Positions 1 through 6,123 of a DNA stretch of 64,000 nt are shown here, piece by piece (within the stretch, counting starts at the first letter, position 1; every line of letters starts with the position of its first letter). The translations under genes were made by a program, and so were the position numbers. This stretch comes from a virus (Duplodnaviria > Caudoviricetes), in IMG/VR virus record IMGVR_UViG_3300032247_002042, positions 1-64,000 of that record; one strand, written 5' to 3'. The notes under the pieces are model-generated. The model did not search any database and was not told the DNA's origin. It was given only the letters and a program-made list of their open reading frames with translations.

Positions 1-130
1 ATGATACCATACGGCCTCCCCTAATGCGGCGCATTGTAGGGAGTTTCTGCCGCGTGTGCCGCGTGTGCCGCGTGTGCCGCACGCACGTGCGGGAGCAGCC
101 CAGAGGACGCGGCCCCGGCATATGTATATA

Positions 131-161
131 GCCCCGCCCCTCTCGACCTGAGGGGCGGGGC
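131..161 (-). terminator. Hairpin terminator of cassette ORF 184-399
   Basis: 12-bp stem GCCCCGCCCCTC/GAGGGGCGGGGC just downstream of the stop codon, with an AT-rich tail on the - strand. Confidence 0.7.
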
Positions 162-183
162 AGGGCGGCCGGGCGGACTGGGA

Positions 184-399
184 CTAGTCTTCCGTGCGGT
201 ACATGTACTCGCACTCGAGCTGCTTGAGGTACTTGGCGTACCTCAAGTACTCTGAGTGCCGGATGTAGCCTACGAAACTCCCGCTCGGCCGAGTTGGAAC
301 CGTCTCCAGTCTCGCTACTGCGTACTTCACATTTTCGTGAGTGTCCCAAATCTCCCGAAGCAACTCTTCCTTCGGCATCTCGATGTACGGTCGCTTCAT
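184..399 (-). CDS. Cassette ORF A, 71 aa hypothetical (MKRPYIEMPK...)
   Basis: ATG directly after the repeat-borne SD AAAGGGG; the longer track ORF only reads through the repeat. Confidence 0.8.
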   Translation of the reverse strand: MKRPYIEMPKEELLREIWDTHENVKYAVARLETVPTRPSGSFVGYIRHSEYLRYAKYLKQLECEYMYRTED

Positions 400-433
400 G
401 GTGGTGTCCCCTTTCTGCAGTAATGATACCATA
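400..433 (-). promoter_or_regulatory. Repeat-borne extended -10 promoter (TATG-G-TATCAT) plus SD; promoter identical at 1-11, 905-915, 1292-1302 and 1705-1715
   Basis: - strand reads TATGGTATCAT-tactgc-AGAAAGGGGACACCACC-ATG; TRTG extended -10 with no canonical -35. Confidence 0.75.
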
Positions 434-541
434 CGGCCTCCCCTAATGCGGCGCATTGTAGGGAGTTTCTGCCGCGTGTGCCGCACGCGGCACGCACTCA
501 TGGGAAGCTTGCGAAGGACGCGGCCCCGGCATCCCTTATAA

Positions 542-569
542 GGGCCGGGTCGCCGTAGCGACCCGGCCC
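542..569 (-). terminator. Hairpin terminator of cassette ORF 576-881
   Basis: Perfect 12-bp stem with a C(UACG)G tetraloop on the - strand, followed by TTATAA. Confidence 0.75.
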
Positions 570-575
570 GGCCCG

Positions 576-881
576 TCATGCCGCCCGTAAGGCCCGTCGG
601 AGCCTACGGGCCGCACGGACTTTACGGCCCGAATAGGATGCCTCTGCCGATGCCTCGGCATCGGCCAACCATCGGAGCAAATCTCCGACGGTCGCCCCGA
701 GAGCCTCGGCGAGCGAGTCCTCTTTCGCCGCACGCGCCTCTTCGGCGCGTGTGTACTCCAGCTCTGCTTCCTTCCAGAGCATGTCCGCGCGCTGCTGACG
801 CGCGAGGCAATCTTCGCAGATTGGGCCAAGCTCCCACTTGCCCTCTTCCTCATCCCAGATGTAAACGCAAGTACAATTCAT
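576..881 (-). CDS. Cassette ORF B, 101 aa hypothetical with CxC...CxxC then a helical segment
   Basis: ATG after the repeat SD; MNCTCVYIW...ICEDC. Confidence 0.8.
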   Translation of the reverse strand: MNCTCVYIWDEEEGKWELGPICEDCLARQQRADMLWKEAELEYTRAEEARAAKEDSLAEALGATVGDLLRWLADAEASAEASYSGRKVRAARRLRRALRAA

Positions 882-1018
882 GGCGGTGTCCCCTTTTTGC
901 AGTAATGATACCATACGGCCTCCCCTAATGCGGCGCATTGTACGGAGTTTCTGCCGCGTGTGCCGCACAAGGCACGCACTCATGGGAAGCTTGCAAAGGA
1001 CGCGGCCCCGGCATATGC

Positions 1019-1050
1019 AAAAAAGGCCGGACGGGTTTCCCCATCCGGCC
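1019..1050 (-). terminator. Intrinsic terminator of cassette ORF 1058-1267
   Basis: - strand GGCCGGATGGG-GAAA-CCCGTCCGGCC-TTTTTT. Confidence 0.9.
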
Positions 1051-1057
1051 CGTTCTG

Positions 1058-1267
1058 TTAGGCGTACTGGTTGGGCAACAAGTATTTGCCCTCGTCCCAG
1101 TCCATGATGACGCACTGCGCCACCAGATCGCCTGACTGGGCGAACCCCCGGGCGATCTCTTCGCCCAGTCCGCCCGCGCGGACCAGCGCGAGGATGAAAT
1201 TCGTCCGGTCGTTCTTGCGAATGACCTCCCGGATGATCTGCGCCGATGGCTTTGAGAAACGTGTCAT
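1058..1267 (-). CDS. Cassette ORF C, 69 aa hypothetical
   Basis: ATG after the repeat SD; terminator follows. Confidence 0.8.
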   Translation of the reverse strand: MTRFSKPSAQIIREVIRKNDRTNFILALVRAGGLGEEIARGFAQSGDLVAQCVIMDWDEGKYLLPNQYA

Positions 1268-1410
1268 GTGGCGGTGCCCCTTTCTGCACTAATGATACCA
1301 TACGGCCTCCCCTAATGCGGCGCATTGTACGGAGTTTCTGCCGCGTGCGGCACACGCGGCACGCACTCATGGGACGCTTGCGAAGGACGCGGCCCCGGCA
1401 TCCCTTATAA

Positions 1411-1434
1411 GGGGCGAGGCATGTGCCCCGCCCC
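1411..1434 (-). terminator. Hairpin terminator of cassette ORF 1453-1680
   Basis: - strand GGGGCGGGGC-ACAT-GCCTCGCCCC-TTATAA. Confidence 0.7.
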
Positions 1435-1452
1435 GCGCCCCGCCCGTCCCCG

Positions 1453-1680
1453 TTAGTCAACGGGGTAGAACGTGAAGTACCCCGCAATCTCAGGCAGGGT
1501 CGCAATCCCCTGCCCTACGACCGTCAGGAAGAACTTCACGTCCGTGACATCGTCACAGACGGCTACGTAGCCGTCGCTCACGCGCGTGAGCGTGAGGGCA
1601 TTGAGCCCTTCAAAAAGACGGAAGGTGTACTGTTCGTCCTGCGCGACGGTCACGACGGTCACTGCGATCAACTCGGTCAT
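1453..1680 (-). CDS. Cassette ORF D, 75 aa hypothetical
   Basis: ATG after the repeat SD; hairpin follows. Confidence 0.8.
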   Translation of the reverse strand: MTELIAVTVVTVAQDEQYTFRLFEGLNALTLTRVSDGYVAVCDDVTDVKFFLTVVGQGIATLPEIAGYFTFYPVD

Positions 1681-1903
1681 GTGGCGGTGCCCCTTTCTGC
1701 AGTAATGATACCATACGGCCTCCCCTAATGCGGCGCATTGTACGGAGTTTCTGCCTCATTGCGGCAGGCGTCGAAGGGACGCGGCCCCGGGGTGCTCTGG
1801 GCCGCCTCAACGACCCAAACAACTAATTAATTCGCTGCTAGTTTCCCGCGCAGCGGGGGGCTAGCCGGGGATTTCCTATGCCCCCCCCCTCCTCCCCTAC
1901 CCC

Positions 1904-1925
1904 AAAAATTTTCCGGAAAATTTTT
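1904..1925. other. Perfect 22-bp palindrome at the divergent strand switch
   Basis: AAAAATTTTCCGGAAAATTTTT, immediately preceded by a C-tract (1881-1903). Confidence 0.9.
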
Positions 1926-1944
1926 CCAGAAAAAATCCGGAGGA

Positions 1945-1953
1945 TGATACACT
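1945..1953 (+). promoter_or_regulatory. Extended -10 promoter TGATACACT
   Basis: TGn-TACACT upstream of SD GAGGTGA and ATG 1971. Confidence 0.55.
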
Positions 1954-1970
1954 ACGTTCGAGGTGACCGC

Positions 1971-2789
1971 ATGAACATTCCGGAAAATCTGGGCGAGTTG
2001 CTTGGCAGTTTGCCCGTCACGAGTGCGATCAGCCACATGTTGCAGGTGCATCCGGTGACGAGGCAGCCGATTGGGCAATTGCGGGCTGACTCTGTCGTCG
2101 TGGAATTGAACAAGCAAGAATACATGGAAATGGCTATGCTGGGGATGTACCGGATGTTGAGGGCGGAGGCGCAGCAAATCCGGGCGAAGAACGAAGCCGA
2201 GCGGACGGTACGCAACGATCTGCAGGGGATACTTGGGGAGGCGGTTCTCATGAAGGGATTGGGAAGGTCGGTGGGGGAACTGATCGACATCGAGCGGGAT
2301 GTGTCCATGAAGGAGAAGCGCCGGGGGGATATCGGGAACATGGAGGTACGAAGCACCACGGGGATGATGTCTCCGAGGACAAACATTTATGTCCCGAGTT
2401 TCTATTCTCGGCTGATCTATCGCCATGGGGATGATGAAGGCAAGAAATATGTGTTGGTCATGGGGGTGGGGACGATCTACGAGATTGCGGGGTGGTTGCC
2501 GGGGAGTGAGTGCCGCCGGGATGCGTGGGCAAATCAGGGAGCGGAGGGGCGTCCGAAGTGCTGGATGGTTCCGATGGAGGAACTGCGTCCGATCAGGGAA
2601 TTGTTGCCGGTTCTTGACCACAGGGTCGAGGATGCGGGCATAATGGAGCTGGTGCATCGGAGGCCGCAGGTGCGGGTGGATGTGAATGATGCGGCGTCGC
2701 GGGAGTTCGAGGAATTGCGAAGGCGTCCGGTGAAGGATGTCCGTGAATTATGGAAGGAAGCGTTGGCCATGCATGGGGAAAACCGATGA
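1971..2789 (+). CDS. Phage protein with putative PD-(D/E)xK-like fold, 272 aa
   Basis: SD GAGGTGA; GILGE...GDIGNMEVRST motif; resembles 14347-14907. Confidence 0.6.
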   Translation: MNIPENLGELLGSLPVTSAISHMLQVHPVTRQPIGQLRADSVVVELNKQEYMEMAMLGMYRMLRAEAQQIRAKNEAERTVRNDLQGILGEAVLMKGLGRSVGELIDIERDVSMKEKRRGDIGNMEVRSTTGMMSPRTNIYVPSFYSRLIYRHGDDEGKKYVLVMGVGTIYEIAGWLPGSECRRDAWANQGAEGRPKCWMVPMEELRPIRELLPVLDHRVEDAGIMELVHRRPQVRVDVNDAASREFEELRRRPVKDVRELWKEALAMHGENR

Positions 2790-3577
2790 GGGAATACTTG
2801 CGGACATTGCAGGAAGTATACGATCAGGGGGAGAAGAACCGCAAGGACCGGACGGGTGTGGGAACGTGGAGCATGTTTGCGCCACGGGAGATGAAGTTCG
2901 ATTACGAGGATGGCTTCCCGATTGTCACGACGAAGCGGATTGCGTGGAAGTCGATTGTGTGGGAACTGCTGTTCTTTCTCCGGGGAGAGACAAACAACAA
3001 TTGGTTGAAGGAGCGTGGGGTCACCATATGGAATGAGTGGGCGAGGGAGGATGGATATCTGGGACCAATCTACGGGCACCAGTGGAGGTACTGGGGCGGC
3101 GATCAGCTGGCGCGGGTCGTGGAGGAGATCCGGACGAACCCGACGAGCAGGCGGATGGTGGTGAGTGCGTGGAATGCCGACCAGATCGGGGAGATGGCGT
3201 TGCCGCCGTGCCATGTGCTATGGCAGATGTATTGTCATGATGATGGGGGATTGTCGATGAAGCTGACGCAGCGTTCGGGGGACATGTTCCTTGGGGTGCC
3301 GTTCAACATCTCGTCTTATGCGTTGCTGCTGGCGTTGCTGGCGAAGCTGACGGGGCGCGAGCCGAGGACGCTGACGGTGTCGTTGGGAGATGCGCATGTA
3401 TATGGGAACCACATCGCGCAGGTGACGGAGCAGCTGCAAAGGAAGCCGTTGCCATTGCCCGAGCTGGTGTTGCCGGACATCAGGACGATTGAGGAATTGT
3501 GCAATCTGACCCCGGACGACATCCGTCTGGTGGAATACCGGCATCATCCGGCATTGATAGGACAGGTGGCAGTATGA
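2786..3577 (+). CDS. thyA: Thymidylate synthase
   Basis: DRTGVGT, WELLFFLRG, LPPCH catalytic motif, QRSGDMFLGVPFN; ATGA overlap with the upstream gene. Confidence 0.97.
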   Translation: MREYLRTLQEVYDQGEKNRKDRTGVGTWSMFAPREMKFDYEDGFPIVTTKRIAWKSIVWELLFFLRGETNNNWLKERGVTIWNEWAREDGYLGPIYGHQWRYWGGDQLARVVEEIRTNPTSRRMVVSAWNADQIGEMALPPCHVLWQMYCHDDGGLSMKLTQRSGDMFLGVPFNISSYALLLALLAKLTGREPRTLTVSLGDAHVYGNHIAQVTEQLQRKPLPLPELVLPDIRTIEELCNLTPDDIRLVEYRHHPALIGQVAV

Positions 3578-3954
3578 AGGAAATGCTGATGTGGTTTGTG
3601 AAAAGGGTTGCGGTCGGGACGACCATTGCGCTGTTGCTTCTGGGCGTCTGGGTTGGAATGGAGGTGGTGAGGGATTGGAACGCCAAGGTGAATGCATTGG
3701 CGGCGCGATTGAAGGTTGTGCAGCAGGAGAACGAGGAGACGCGCATGCTGGTCTGTCATGAGAGCAACTTGCGCAGCAGCCGTCCGCAGCAATTGAGTCG
3801 CGAGGAATGCACGCGGTTCGTGCGGACGATTGCGCTGGAGATGACGGCGATGCCGACGCCCACGGCACTTGAGCTGAATACGACCCGTCCGGGACTGGGC
3901 CGTGCGACGCCGACTCCATGCGATCCGCATTATTCGCTGTGTCTTCGACGGTAG
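3574..3954 (+). CDS. Membrane-anchored hypothetical protein, 126 aa
   Basis: N-terminal TM helix, coiled coil and PTPT/TPTP linkers; ATGA-coupled to thyA. Confidence 0.7.
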   Translation: MKEMLMWFVKRVAVGTTIALLLLGVWVGMEVVRDWNAKVNALAARLKVVQQENEETRMLVCHESNLRSSRPQQLSREECTRFVRTIALEMTAMPTPTALELNTTRPGLGRATPTPCDPHYSLCLRR

Positions 3955-3986
3955 CAAATACGCTTTAACACTTGTCTGTTTTTATC

Positions 3987-4018
3987 AAAGCCGCAAGGAC
4001 AATCTTGCGGCTTTTTTT
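3987..4018 (+). terminator. Intrinsic terminator
   Basis: AAAGCCGCAAG-gacaat-CTTGCGGCTTT followed by a T-run. Confidence 0.85.
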
Positions 4019-4067
4019 GTTTATACTGTACGAAGATCAATATTTTCATCAGCAATGGAGACAGGAA

Positions 4068-6101
4068 ATGGCGCGACGATACGTGTATGATCCCGCAACG
4101 AACATCTACAAGGCCGTTGGGGAATACCGGTACGCTGATGGAAAGAAGCACGATGGGTCGGAACCGAGGAAATCGCGGAAGCCGAGTGGCGATCCATCCG
4201 AACTTGTCATGCCTGCGACCAATGATGATCTTGCCGCTTCGTATGGAAAGAAAAAGGGAAAGAAACAATGGCCAAGCTTTGACGTGCAATCAAGCCGGAT
4301 TGCGCGGAAGGAAGGCGTGAGCGAGAAGGCGGCCGATGCGATACTGGCATCACGCGCCCGGATGCACAAGGCTACGCCAAGTTACGAATATGGCAGGAAA
4401 AGGAACGAGAGGATCGTGCAGGCTCGCGAGAAACGGCGTGCCGACCTGCCTGATGAGAACGGCGGAGTGGAGGAAGAGATGAGCAACAGTTTTGGCAAGA
4501 GTGTCCGGCGATATGAATACAACCCCTTCATGAACGCCTACATCGAGAAATCCGTCAAGCTGAAGACCGCGACGGCGGCCGCAAATCCGTGGGACTTGAC
4601 CATCAATGACGACGGAACGACGGATAGCGAATCGGTCGGGCATGATCCGGAAGGGAACAATCATGAGCCAAGCCGCGCCAAGAAGAAAGAGAAAGCCTTC
4701 AGGAAGACCAGTCGCCGCGCGTTGTTCCAGCCCGGTGAGGAACGTCTGGAAAAACCCGGAGACGACCATGATACCGGAGGGTTTGCTCCCGGGCAACTGG
4801 TGAAGGACTGGAACGAGGAAGAGACCCCTGAGGACAGGAAAAAGCGCAAGCGGAAAATCCGCGAGCAAATCGATCCTGAAGCAAAGCGCCATTTCGATGA
4901 AATGAGCAATGATGATATTATTGAACAAACTGATGATGGAGGAAATGCAATGGCACAGAAATTCACAAGAGGAATGCAGGAACCGGTGACGGTGACCAAG
5001 GCCGTCACCAATCAGGCAATGATTGCGGACATGATGGCGAAGCAATTCGGGTATTCCGCGCGTCAGAGCGTGGATGCAATGAGCACGCTTGTCAAGAGTG
5101 CGGCAAACATGCACGCCATCGAGGCGGGAAACCTTTTTGAGCTGCACGACAGTGGAGACACCTACGTGATTGCGCCGATTGGCCATGGCCCTACCGGCGA
5201 TCTTGCGCGGACCCTGCCGTTTGAGTATGTCGATGTGTTCGAGAACAATCTTGAGAAGGCGAAGATGCGTGCCAGCATGCAGCAGAAGGCAGAACTCCGC
5301 AAGAGCGTCATCGAATACGATTCCAAGCACTTCCATCGCAACGCGGTGGACGCCGTGCTTTCCAAGGGCTACCGTTTTGCAAAGGATTTGAGTCAGGAAG
5401 AGCGTGACGAGGGCGAGAGTGCCAAGCAGAACATCCGCGGAATGCTCGGGAATTTTGAGCGGACAACCTTGCCGCAGCGCGAGCGGGAAGGCGCATCGGA
5501 CGCCAAGCGGAACATCCGCGGAATGCTGGCCCGGCACGAACGGGACAATGCATTTGCTGACGATGGTCCGTCGCAAACAAGCGTTCGCAAGCCAGAGAGC
5601 GGCGGAAGCAGGGACGATGAGTGGGATCGCATCACTGGCAACAACCGGTACCGGTCAGGAATGCGTCAGGAGGGACAGGCCGGAATTGCCCGGCAGAACG
5701 CCATCCGGACGGGCAGAAAAAATGCAATGAGGCGAGACGATGACGATTTGGAATCGTCTTTCGGCAAGGCAAGCGAGGCAGATGCCGTTGATGGTCGGAC
5801 GCGTCGTTTCAGCGAGGCAGATGCCGTTGATGGTCAGACGCAGGGAAGGGGACCAATGACCGTGCCGCCAAGTCGTTTCACCGACGAAGCCATGCATGAG
5901 AGGAGAACGCAGCGGGCACGCGCCGAAATGAATGCAAGGGATCGGGCCGGTCGGGACAGGGACCGCACCACGCAGATGCAACGTGACAATTTCAATGCGT
6001 ACCGGGAATTGGGCGGCGGTCCAAACAAGGATCCCGACAAGGTTTTTAGCCGTTCATTGCTTGACATTTTCAACGGCAAGGGCCGTCGCAGGGGCCGGTA
6101 A
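4068..6101 (+). CDS. Large charged low-complexity protein, 677 aa (putative internal head protein)
   Basis: SD GGAG/AGGA; internal duplications; motifs shared with the two downstream genes. Confidence 0.75.
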   Translation: MARRYVYDPATNIYKAVGEYRYADGKKHDGSEPRKSRKPSGDPSELVMPATNDDLAASYGKKKGKKQWPSFDVQSSRIARKEGVSEKAADAILASRARMHKATPSYEYGRKRNERIVQAREKRRADLPDENGGVEEEMSNSFGKSVRRYEYNPFMNAYIEKSVKLKTATAAANPWDLTINDDGTTDSESVGHDPEGNNHEPSRAKKKEKAFRKTSRRALFQPGEERLEKPGDDHDTGGFAPGQLVKDWNEEETPEDRKKRKRKIREQIDPEAKRHFDEMSNDDIIEQTDDGGNAMAQKFTRGMQEPVTVTKAVTNQAMIADMMAKQFGYSARQSVDAMSTLVKSAANMHAIEAGNLFELHDSGDTYVIAPIGHGPTGDLARTLPFEYVDVFENNLEKAKMRASMQQKAELRKSVIEYDSKHFHRNAVDAVLSKGYRFAKDLSQEERDEGESAKQNIRGMLGNFERTTLPQREREGASDAKRNIRGMLARHERDNAFADDGPSQTSVRKPESGGSRDDEWDRITGNNRYRSGMRQEGQAGIARQNAIRTGRKNAMRRDDDDLESSFGKASEADAVDGRTRRFSEADAVDGQTQGRGPMTVPPSRFTDEAMHERRTQRARAEMNARDRAGRDRDRTTQMQRDNFNAYRELGGGPNKDPDKVFSRSLLDIFNGKGRRRGR

Positions 6102-6123
6102 ATTTCTTTCATAAGAAAAAGAA

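Larger units (their letters stand above)
1..1790 (-). repeat. Array of five ~130-bp direct repeats (1-121 truncated at window edge, 400-532, 882-1014, 1268-1401, 1681-1790) separating single-gene cassettes
   Basis: Core ATGATACCATACGGCCTCCCCTAATGCGGCGCATTGTA(G/C)GGAGTTTCTGCC starts at 1, 423, 905, 1292 and 1705. Invariant GGACGCGGCCCCGG starts at 105, 516, 998, 1385 and 1777. Confidence 0.97.

Noticed and set aside
576-1505. Long ORFs reading through the repeat (…MRRIRGGRMVSLLQKG…) as a shared N-terminal leader
   Set aside because: The repeat frame joins the cargo ATG in copies 2 and 3 but not in copies 4 and 5, and an SD directly precedes each internal ATG
1-1790. CRISPR array
   Set aside because: Repeats are ~130 bp, the intervening segments are 270-350 bp gene+terminator units, and there are no cas genes in the window
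1-1790. Classical integron cassette array
   Set aside because: No RYYYAAC/GTTRRRY attC ends and no IntI seen; the cassettes carry their own promoters
2786-3577. dCMP hydroxymethylase or other base-modification enzyme
   Set aside because: The dUMP-specifying Asn (GVPFN) and other ThyA motifs are canonical; no modification genes nearby
1827-5576. Long antisense ORFs (e.g. 1827-2657, 3218-3919, 4350-5576 on -)
   Set aside because: Shadow frames opposite well-supported genes, with no motifs or RBS
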